DNA from: Tubiluchus corallicola
Lineage: Eukaryota > Animalia > Priapulida
DNA: 64,000 nucleotides
Direction of reading: 5' to 3'
Assembly (NCBI GenBank): GCA_030141605.1
Contig: JAQGDQ010000045.1
Span: 62,001 to 126,000, forward strand
Under the pieces are notes generated by a model, which had not been told where the DNA came from, did no database searches, and saw nothing but the letters and a program-made list of their open reading frames with translations. Both the position numbers and the translations under genes were made by a program. Below are positions 28,561-40,259 of this stretch, one piece after another. Position 1 is the stretch's first letter, and the number at the start of each line of letters is the position of its first letter.

Positions 28561-31500
28561 TTACAGGTGATGAAAAGGTGATTCAAATACCTCTCCATCC
28601 ATGTCTGTATTTAACTTTTTTGACTGGCAAATTGGCAATCTGGGAAATCATTAACAAAATTAAAACATGTGAAAGTCATCGCAGTGAATTTCAGATTTTG
28701 TTCTAAATGAGTGAATAATTAAAGAGAAGTTTGACAAAAACTGGAGTAACACACTTACTAGCAGAATGTTGAAATTGGTGTTTATTCCAGCGTCGTTGCT
28801 GCACTGATGCATGCGGTGGTGACTGAACTGGTGCAGGTAGCTGCCTGTTATGGAATGCAGGTAAAGGCTGATGATAACCCAGAACTGGTGCACTCTGGGT
28901 AACCTGTACAGATAGAGGTGACAAAGTCAAGCGCCTAGGTTGGGTAACCTGAGTGCTATCTGGTACAACTTCTCGACCACTAGCAGGTGATTGGCTACTA
29001 TCTGGAGCAATAGTGGTACGTGACTCACGTGATAGGTGGCTACCGTCTGCTGTTCCAATGGCTTCACCTTGAATTTGGCGAATATTAGTCTTGGTTTGCC
29101 AGCGGAATTGTGGGTTGTCTGTGTTGAAATGCTGCAAGTCTGGTCGGCTGGAATCTGCGGTGACACGGACCTATAAAAGCAAGCAAGGTTATACAAGGTC
29201 AAGCATTTTCAAAACAACTCACTTTCAACACATTAAGTGCCAAAATAAACAAAGCACTTTCACGTTAAAGAAATTCACTGACATTTAGTTTGTCCGCCAT
29301 CAAACAACTCCCAATATGCCATACTTTAACAGCTTTATTAATATCGCAAACAGTTACTATCGCAAAATGGTCGGATCACAAAGTGCCATAGTTAATCACA
29401 AAACTACATGCTTTGAGTTTGTGAAAATATCACTCCTATGAGGAATGTTTGACATCCATGAGTGGTGAATGTGTGCAAATGTCATATTATCCGATGTCAA
29501 ATGTCAATAAACAGATTCAGGAGACAGTAATGCAGCATATGTGAAAGACACCATTAAGGCAGGGATACTGCTTTCTATCTTGTAAGCTCTAAACTCGTCT
29601 AAGAACTAAATTTTACACGAAAATGTAAATTATAAATTATTGTCTTTGATTCAATGCATTAGTTTTGCTTTCTGATGGTTGAGATAAACCAGGACTGGAT
29701 ACCTTCTGTTTAATTTTGTATACACTTCTGCACAATAAAAGCCGGCCCGGCACTCAACGAGAAAAGCTACTAATTAGGAATAATTGTGACAAGAGTGGAA
29801 CCTAATTCATTATCATGAAGAAAGACGAGACAGTGAACAAGTAGAAATGAGAAAAACGAAAAACCATTTTGTTATAGTTGCATCATGACCCTTTAAACTT
29901 ATAAAAAAAACTAAAATGCTGACAGTTGCAATACGTTTGAGAGACGTCATTATTTTAAGACCAAAGAATTTTAAATGGCAACAAACAGCAGATGAAAATG
30001 TTTTTACCAGAAACAGAAAGTATATGTACGATACCCTTTAACCTGCAACCTTCAACAAAACCTTTAATAAAAAACCGTCTTAGCGCGGCTAACACAATAC
30101 ACGAAGTAAAACAGATGGAAAAAGTCTGTCATCTGCCCGTCATCTTTCATGATTAGATGTTATAGGTTTCTTCATTATGTGCTAACAGGACATCTTTGTC
30201 ACGCAGATGATACTCCCTTAATCCAACGCTCCCCTTGTTTGATAACCGAACTATCTGAATAATCAATTTTTCTCTCTCTCCTGTATATTTTACTTGGAAA
30301 TCTTTGGGCAACGTCTGAGATGGCTCATGATTTAGAGTCTCCTGCATTCTGTTATTACTACTTCGACATGCTGCAAAGCATCGCATTTTGAAGTTGACGA
30401 TCACGTCTCAGATAATCTATGGGTTGTGCATATTGCAATATCATTGTGAGTCTATCTTTTAAAGTAATTAGTAATTAGTTAGTCAAGAAAGAAAATAAGA
30501 CTGCTAGCTCGCTGTTACACATTCATGCCTGTTGCCTTTTTATGCATATCTGTGCAGTAAATATAGTATTGCACAACAGTGGAAAAATGCAGATTGAAAG
30601 ATGTCTATAAGGGTGCAGAGGAGCCGCATGAAAGCATCTGAATTCTTCCAGCTGTTTTTGAGCCCAGACCCACACGATCTCTGGGATAGACAGAGATGAT
30701 AAGAATAGATTTATTTTTTTGCTTTATTTAAAGGGACTATTAGAAAGGAAAATCAGTCGTGCACAACCGACAAAATGAGCTCTATCCAAAGAAACATTTC
30801 ATGAGGAATTAAAAGTATCAGAACACACCATAATCCTTGCAAACAGATATTTTTCACGCAATTTAAAGTTACCAGGTAGCCGACGTATAGAAAGCTCATC
30901 ATGCTAGAAACTGACAACCTAATGAACCTATAATAAGCAACATGCTAATTCCTAGTTCATCTATCAAAATCCAGACTCTGAATTCTAAGACCAGTATGGC
31001 CAAAATCATCAATGTTTCATCAAATTAATACTTCAACCCAAGCTCTTCGTTGGGCAAAACAGTTTTAAAATTATTTCAACATTGTCTGCATAAAACACAA
31101 AACCTTAAATTAGACCCAATACTCAGATCTAAATAATCAGATTTAGAGTCAGATCTAAATGACTTATCTATTTGAACATTGGATGATGATGACTGCTATT
31201 AGGTTCGAAAAGCCAAATGTTTGGCAAAGCCGTGCCAAATTGTCCAATCTAGCAACAAAATTGTAAACCACTCCAACTTAACCAAATATAGCACTGTACG
31301 GCGTTTCTATTCTTTTATGACGGATTTGGTGGTGACATTTTCAGCATCATTTGACAACCAATTAGGATTATCCAGTACGTTAATCACCTACTTGTAAGGT
31401 CATGGTGTAAATTAATGATCTGCTTGCATTACTTCAGCCATCCACGCGAACCACCCACACTTCTCGTGACTGCTAAAACATATACACAAGAACAGACTGG

Positions 31501-34500
31501 GCATGCATTTACCTAATATTGCTTTCATCAATGAAGGCTCATGATTAGATTTAGAAGAAATATCACAGCTTTGTTTTTGTTAATGCCAAGGAAAACATGA
31601 GCCAGAGGAAAGCCTGCTCTTGCCCTTATATCTGAAATAGCATATGATTGAAACATAGAAACTTGTAGCTAAATCAGCACTACTTTGTGACAAAAAGAGC
31701 ATCAGTTGGCAACTAAATAAGTTAAATCCTATTTTTTGTTCAGCAGGATCGTGTAATAATTCCATCCCTTAACCAATGACGTTTGAGATTCTATCATTAC
31801 GTGAAATTTTTGCACAGAGTATCCTTGATAGGCACTAGATAATCAATTATAAAGAATATATCAATATTGCATTATATTCAGCGGGAAAATATAAATTAAT
31901 GATCAATATCAAGTTGTCAGTTTCAGATATAGAAAGGATAGTTGCGCAAGTTACAACTTGACGATTGCAGCACAGAAGCCTTGAAACATCATTAGAACTA
32001 TATAAGGGAACATAGTGTTTGTTTGAATTTTGTCGTTCTCTATACCCATGATGTTTTGACATTCTCTGCAAAGAATATTCTTTATAATTTCTAACAACCT
32101 GTATGAAGCGTTTTGACGACATCACCAGAATGTCTTCAACTGACTTTCACTAGCTTGAAATTTAACGATTTGATATTGTGCATTTAATGTCATACTGTAC
32201 TTCCCTAACTAGAATTAGTTTATTTATGCAATCACAAAGATTTGACATTTATAAATTACAGCATAAGGATGGGTATAACACAGTATACTAAAGATTATAA
32301 AACACCAGGATAATGAGTTGATAACTATACATGACATATGTATATGACAATGTAAAGTTTTGACTGCTAAGGCCATATTGTGTCAATATTGTGTGTATTT
32401 ATATCATAGCTATGCAAGTGGACAAAGAGAGACTGCAGATGAAGCTAAAGCCACGTCTGTCCACGAATATTATACCAGATGCAGATTGACTGCTAAAATG
32501 GATGTTGATTCTAAAGGCAATCAAATAAATACTGCACACTGAAGTAGGTCAATTATTTGCTTATTAATGTTTGGCTCAATATTAACAAATCATTTTACAA
32601 TTTGTAATCTCCTTGATGAACCAGATGGCCTGTGCCTCTTGGAGTAACAAGAATATTATGATCCTTGTCATTTCTCAGATGAGTTTTAAGCTCTATTCTA
32701 CAGAGAAACTACCAATTACTGAAATTGCATCTGAATGTGTTTTGCCTTGGTTTTGCTGGCACTCCAGTAAGTTTTGGTTCCTTCAAACAAATCTGCTCTT
32801 CTTTAAACCGCATAACTTTCTCACCTAGGAGCCGTCACGAACTAAGCCCAGAGAGCTAGAAGTGTGAGGCGAATACTTACATGCAGCCCAACATAATTAT
32901 CTTGCTATTCTTGAATAACTATCTTGGCATTACTGATACTCCAAGACTTTTGATACCACAAAAATTAGAATTTCCAAATGAAGAATAGGTTTTCCCCATA
33001 TAAAATGAGAACATGGTAAAGAGGTGTGGCGGGAAAGGATTCCAAGGCGTTTGTTGGTCAACACACAGCACACAAATATACTGTCGAGAGCAAAATACAG
33101 TAATAGTATGTATGCATGTGATCAGCCTATATCTCATTCAATATCACTCTGACAATTTTTAAGGAGTACCAGATTTACAAATATGACAGTCACTGATTGA
33201 CGGCTTAATACTTAAACACTTAGAATCTATATCCAAAATTAAAAGTAATTTACTCTTTACTCAGAAAAAATATTTACTATTAGTCTATAAAATTTTCTTC
33301 CGAAAGTTGAAAGTAAGAATTGAGAAATCTTGGAAAGTCGAACGAAGGCTCGGAATTTTTGGAAATTTGCCTCATCACTTCTTCAGGCTTCAATATACAA
33401 ATAACTCAGACACAATGAGGCAGAAATTGTCAATGCAATGTGAATGACACAACATTATAGTGAAGCAATCAAAAAGTGTACTGTATTATGTAATTAGTAC
33501 ACATACCCGTACAGTTTCTGGTGAATGTCTTTCCAATTCTTTATCTTTACCATCCCCAGGTAAGGATGTGGACATTATGTCCTGTAAGAAAAAGATGATG
33601 TTACACTGAAAATTTCTTTTGAAAAAATTAGTAAAAATACCGTTTTATCATTTGTTTAATATGCACTCAAAAATGTGAAAATTTTCTGAGCGTTTTTATA
33701 TGAAAGGTGTGGAAATGGAAATTTGTGTACACATAACACTAAGTTCAAGCAGGAAAACCACAAGAATGGCAGAACTTTAACAAACAAAATACTTAAAAAA
33801 TAAGAAGGTTACCTTGCTCTAATTCTAATAAAAGATGATCTTATCTTATTAGTGTCAAATGAGTTAAGGGCCAGATCGGCATGAAGACGTGCCGTGATCA
33901 GATTTATGTTTGGGATGGGACTGTTTTAATGGGGAAATTAAGGCTCCCATACACTAGCACCTTACAGTTCAAAAGACAAGAGAATGCTGATTTCTTTCTG
34001 TTCAAGACTATCAGTTCTAATATGTTATTGTTAGTTTCTTGATGTGTTAGAAAAAACAATCCACTATACGGAGATATAAATACTGACTTTGTAAGGAATG
34101 TTTTTGACACAAAGCTTTCTAGATTGACTATTAAAATATATTGAAGTCGGAGTCAGTATTTTGAATGCTCCTAGAATGGGAAGTGTTGTCGGCAAATTTT
34201 TGATATCACTCCATATTTCTGCACCTAAGCGTTAACGAGTAGCCTTTTTAATGTACATAAAGAAGAGCACTAGTATTTCACATCTCTCGTGTTAATGGAA
34301 TTACTTTTCTCTATGTCGGCGGTATCTGATACCTCACATCAAAGTAATAAGTTTCCTATATGTTGAACGTGCCAGTTATTTAATTCTTAGCCAGAAATTA
34401 CTTAGCTTGATGATCCGTCTCACCTAAATAAGCACAGGAGAAACTGGAAGCCCTTCCTTGCAGCAATGTCGTCCATTCTTACCTGTAATTAACAAAAGTA

Positions 34501-34890
34501 CTAAGTTAACGGCGTGAAGTTACAGGTTTTCATATGGATATGTATTTTCTTTCATGATTAGTTTTTTATTTAAAAAACAGCAAATTTTTTACATGGCATG
34601 GTCTTGTAGGCACTGTGAAACTTTTAGAGTGTCTATGTTGTGAGACATCTAAATATTCATCTGCCTATTCCGTGTAAATGTATGCGTGACCTTTGCGATT
34701 TGAAGCAACTACATGATGGTATTTCACCTGCCATATTGCTTCTGGTACTTTATCTCATCGAGGAAGGAAGTCTATGCATCAGAGCGTGCCCGAGACATTT
34801 CTGCTGGTTCAATGGGTCTTACAGAGTTAACCCACTTGCCTCAATCTATTGAACATAATAAACCTTTGCCAAATTTAATGGTTACTGTTT
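28561..34890 (-). pseudogene. Decayed multi-exon gene of unknown family (possibly a dead intron-containing DNA transposon)
   Basis: A dense series of AG/GT-bounded protein-like segments. Open ones: 34088-34224 (GAEIWSDIKNLPTTLPILGAFK...), 33507-33581 (DIMSTSLPGDGKDKELERHSPETVR), 28759-29170 (412 nt) and 28561-28604 (ends in TAA, phase-compatible with the previous exon). Others carry in-frame stops or frameshifts (e.g. FRCNFSNW*FLCRIELKTHLRNDKDH; DEFRAYKIESS...VY*HL). AATAAA lies on the minus strand near 28362. Confidence 0.6.
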
Positions 34891-36424
34891 CTAGACTCGA
34901 GACTTTTTGGTAAATCACTTCTATTGAATAATCACTTCTATTGACATACATACAACGAAACATCCAAAGGTAGAAAAGACTTTCAGAAAATATCAGCCAA
35001 CATTTCTGAGGCTGTACCGCTTAAGTGAAAATTAGCTTTGGCTCTGAGGTCGCGACCTCCATGACGACATTTAGACGCATGTGTAAAATCAGTGTGCAGA
35101 AGATCGTGAATACTGATTTTGAAATATGTCTGCACCTCTTCTGTACTGCATGTCCAGCTAACTATAAATTCGAAAGCAGCGAAATTCAGTGCACATGTTA
35201 GCTTCTTGCGGCAGAGCTTAAAATGAAAGCCGAGGTATGGCTATGCCGCGTTTGTTCGTATCAGAAAATAATAATAATACCATTGGATCATATTAAGAAG
35301 CTATTCTAATAATAATTATCCACATAGGACCAGTTCAATGACTCAGGATCGAAGTTGGCGAAGAGAAATTTGCTCAGACCAATCGATAAAGGCAAGCTGG
35401 GTCAGTTGCCTCTGTGCGTACAATATTATACCAGCGGCTATGAAGCCTAACAACCTGATATTAATAGCTCGCTTGCAGAAGTGTATTGTTTGCATTGGTC
35501 AAGCTGGCAGGCAATACAGCTCACGGCTTCGGCTGATCAATGAAGCTTGGACGCTGGGCTGCTGCTGCAGTAGCAGTCTACTGCAAACTACTACGACCTA
35601 TTTAGCTTAACATCAAATGAAACTGCCCGTGAATCGATCAATCAGTATGGCCAAGCAAATAGTTTTTGTACACGTCCGCCATTCAAAGCTGCATTCAAAA
35701 TTGAACAATTTCATTTTGATATTTTCTAACAATTAAGCTACATAAACGATAACTAGCATTTTAGCTTGGCATGCCAGGGATAATAAAAGAAATGGAATCA
35801 TGCAAGGAAACGTTTTGGGACCCTTAATAAACCTGGGTAACATAAGCAGGGCTGTATGTAGTAACTAACCTAGCATTTGCAAACTGCATCTGTAGTACTT
35901 TTCTATTTACACACATTTACTATCAACTAAGCCAGTTTAACGCTTTAATACCTTAAACAAATATAGACGAGTATTTCGCTATGAAATTAACTCACGCAGA
36001 TATATAGCGTTTTTGTGCTTGTTAAGTTGTGTTAGTACACCGCAGAATGGCTTTGTCCATTCTGAAGTGTATGCTACAGCGCCCTCTATCGTTAAATGAG
36101 TGAAACAAAAATTTACTACCCCTAGAACTTCACGAAAGCAAATTTTCGTTCTGTAAACGGTTAACTTTACAGTTTTAAATCGTGTGAATTTACCAGCTAG
36201 CTATAGGAAAGCTGCATAAATTATTATAGACCAGACGAACATAAAAGTCAGCGGTATATATAACCAGTTGCTAGCAAGATGCCAGATTACACTGCCTGCT
36301 GCTGCTTGAGATTCCTACACACTGATTCATCTTCCTGCCCACCCACACTAGCTATCATAGGGTAATCATGCATGAGAATAGGCCTGTGAGACTTAACCCG
36401 CATTGAACGAAGATGCATCCTAAA

Positions 36425-36828
36425 ATGCTCTACGCTACGGACGTGCTCACATTTATGCCGCCATGTGTACACACACAGTGACAGCAATCCACCAATGTGA
36501 AAGTCAACTTAAATCACAAGCTAGAAGTGCATTAATAACAATACGAACTGATAAGGCAAACCACACTGTTCTACAGACAATGGCAATGATACAATCCAAC
36601 TATCCTGTAAACAGCTGGCTGTATTGATGCTCTGTGCTATGGGCGTGCTCACATTTATGCCGCCATGTATACACATACAGTGACAGCAATCCACCAATGT
36701 GAAAGTCAACTTAAATCACAAGCTAGGAGTGCTTTAATAACAATACGAACTGATAAGGCAAAACACACTGTTCTACAGACAATGGCAATGATACAATCCA
36801 ATTATCCTGTAAACAGCAGGCTGTACTG
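36425..36828 (+). repeat. Head-to-tail tandem duplication, 202-bp unit x2
   Basis: Copies start at 36425 and 36627 (ATGCTC...GTGCTCACATTTATGCCGCCATG...TATCCTGTAAACAGC.GGCTGTA.TG); only scattered substitutions. Confidence 0.95.
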
Positions 36829-39800
36829 AAAACGTATATAACGAACTCAAATTGAAAGGAAGGAAAAGGAACTGAAAGGACATCAAACCGAAAACAATTC
36901 AATATTCTGAAAGGAAAAAAATGTGAACAACTGGGATTCAGTCTAGATTAAAAAGAACAGACCACTTGATTACAAGACCATCCAGGTCACGCAGTCTCTT
37001 GCGATTTGGCAGGTCTTTTAGTCTTAAATGTTCAATAAAATTTTGGTGGTTTTTGTTCTGTTATTAACTAATAATTTTGAAATTAACATTATAAACATTC
37101 ATCATTGTTTGCAAAGGTGGAATATGTATGACATACTGCAACAGCTGTACTTAAACATAGTACAACCTTTTTTAGGTTTCATTTTTTTTAATTAAAAAAA
37201 ACTAAAGAAATTAAATTACAATCATTCTATATAATATTTATGCAGTCAAACGTCCCACGTTAAAAATAAATAAATACTACAGCAATACCTGCAGCAAATA
37301 TAGTGTAAAATTTTTTAGGACTCAAGTTAGTAACTACATACCTAAATTAAGGCACTAAGTTATAATCATACCATACAATACTGATGCAGGCAACGTATAC
37401 AGTTGTAAAATAATTTTCTGTACTACATGGCCGTGAGAACGCATTCGTATTCTTAACATGCTCAGTGAGTGTGCCTGGAAGCTTGGTATGTATGTATGCA
37501 CGCAATTCGTGTACAAAGGTCACTAACTTGCCAAGAATGCAAGAAAAGTAGGTCTACAATTAACAGAGACCTTTAAAACTGCTACCTCAGAGTTTTAAAT
37601 TTTGAATGGATGAGACGGACGTAGAACTATTTTAATGATTTTCACATTGAACACAGAGGGGGCATGCATCGAATCTTCACCGTGCAGCAGGAGCCGAAAA
37701 AACAGTGTTTGAAAACAAGTCCTCTACATTCCAATACTTATCAAAAAGACAGCAAACCAGAAGAATTACAGAACTCTTCATAGGGCGAGATTACAAGTGA
37801 CACAAAGTGTCATGGACCACGAAGCAGGGCGAGAATATACAGTCAGTTCTGGCTATCTTCACTATAACCCAAAAAGGGAGTTCCACTTATTGCATATCAT
37901 TGAAATTGCATCATTATTTCTAAATGAAGCAGTCAGCAGAATAAAACTAGATCAAAATCGCAATTAGAATCAACTTTTAATTATAATATAGATTTAAGAG
38001 CAAAGCTGACTAGTGCAAAAATTCAATCAAAATTAACCAAACCATGTAAGAAAAACTCCAGCTGGAAGCCTATTGAAAAGAAAGCAGTTTGTAGATTTAA
38101 ATTATAATTATAAACCGTTCCACTCATTGACTATTTTCATCTTATTGATTCATCTTACCATGAACTAAATAGAACAAGTTTTGTTTGCTAAAATTACGAT
38201 GTTATAACCTTTTAGAATTTAGCATTCCTTTATTAATTTAATTGTCAGACAGAACTCCATTAATAAAACAAGTTACTGCCATTGGTATCGCTTCACGAAA
38301 TGGACGGAATGCGATGGAAAAATATGAATGGCATTTTAAAACATTTGAGGTCAGGTAGGTCACGCATGGAAACAATGGTACGATGAGAGGTATCGCGCGG
38401 GGCTGACACTCACAGTCACAGCTCGGGCAAATCAAATTCAAAGACACATGGTGGGTGGCTGGGTGTTCTGCAAAAAAAGCTTGAGCACATTTTCCAATCT
38501 TCCAAAAACTTGCGCGTAATAAAATGGGAAAACAACTGCATCGTGAACTACTGTTACCAATTTCGAGATGACTTCGAGTGATTTATGTTAAATAATTGGA
38601 ATTTATTGGAACACATTATTTTGACGCTATCAGAAAAATGTCCAAGCTTTGCAAGTACTACGACTAGTAGGAAACCGCAGGACTGCACTAAAAATGCGGA
38701 AGTTTCAAGGCAATCATCTAATGATCGGGGAGCCTTTGCCGCCAGCACCTTTCAGTACATTTTAGACACTTCAATGGGATATGTGAACGTTAAATTTATG
38801 GCCTTACTGTCCCATACTATGAATTTAAAGTTCATTTATTTAAATAATTGCCTTTTTGGAAATGGAGTTAAAAATTGAGAAAATGTACAGATTACTGTAA
38901 TTGTTATAACTTGTTATAATTTTAGTTACTTAACGTCCACAAGGCGCATTAATTAACTTGACCATGTGGACATCGTGGAGGTCTTCTTGTATGGAGGTCA
39001 CGTGGTTGCAAGCCCTGGTTGCCCTACCAAGAACCCAGCACTGGGAAACCCACAACTATTGCAAAGCAATATTTTAGAAAGTATGAATGAAAGAATAAAC
39101 ATGTATTGAAAATTGAAATTCTGAGTTTCATAATACATTGCAGAAGCTCTTAAAAGTTCAATTGAACTTGATCAGTTCGTTTCCCTTATGCGCCGAATAT
39201 GTCTATGAAAACGCTCAGCGTTCAACGCCCAGGCAAAACTAGGCACAAGAATGCCATCTGCTACTGTACAACAAAAGAAAAGCGTTTAAAATTCCCCGCT
39301 GACCATTTAAAACTTGTTCTTTTACGAGGAATTTAAAAAAGGAATATCTGTGCTGAACATAACCTCGGGGTTACCAGTTACCGACCTGTCAGTTCCGTAA
39401 TTTGTACATTTTATTAGCCAAGAAAACTACCTTGTTACAGAATGAACAAGACAGTTACATGAACACAGTATGCACAACCCAAGAGATGGATTTTTCAGCA
39501 ATCACGTAATAATTTCGGTCTTTTGTGGAGAAAATTGGGCAAGTTCAGTAAAATGAGAAAAACGGGTTACTGAGAAACATTCGCACAGAATAGTCACTTA
39601 AAAATTTCACTTCATTATTCTAACAGGGCAGAAATCATGGACATGCAAGGTAGTGCTCCATCAATTGCCAGTAATTACAACCTAAAATAATCAGTTTGAT
39701 CACTATTCTAGTGACGTATGTCTACAATAATCAATAACCACTGTTTTCCACTGTGTTCAACGAAAAAGCCCTGGGTTCAATTCCGATCCGGGTAACTGAG

Positions 39801-39982
39801 ACTTAATATTTTTTAAATAAAAGACAACTAAAAGGTACTTGACTAATCAGTACTTGACAAATAATCAACGAAGATGGGGGTTTTTACTGGGATCTTAGTT
39901 TGGGTCTGGAACGGTTAAGTAACAAACAATAATTGAATAATAACAGATATTTCTGCCAACTGTTATGAAGTATTCGGCTTAC

Positions 39983-40259
39983 TCGAGGAGAAGCAGGAAT
40001 GATGTTGGACAACAGAAGCAGCTCTGTCGAACATGCTAAAAAATAAGTCTCTTCGTACTTGCGTTTTACTGCATGTATTTTTTGACTTTTTTATGTGCAC
40101 ACTTAGGTTTAACGTCAGATTTGTCGAAGAAAATAGCCCGTTTAGTGAGAAGAACATGGCAAGTTCCCAGAGAATTAATACAAAGTTCTTAACTGTTGTT
40201 AATCAGCTACCAACATTCTGCCGTTCGATCTTGAATTTGAGCAACTGTTTTCTGAAATC
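39983..40259 (-). other. Candidate internal exon of a minus-strand gene
   Basis: Acceptor tatactgtcttttag (40260-40261), donor GTAAGC (39981-39982); contains GCCATG opening MFFSLNGLFSS...HHSCFSS, open through the donor. Confidence 0.4.

Noticed and set aside
39765-39805. B-box-like GGTTCAATTCC (also GAGTTCGAGTC at ~22557)
   Set aside because: No cloverleaf or A-box; at most decayed tRNA-derived SINE heads, not tRNA genes.
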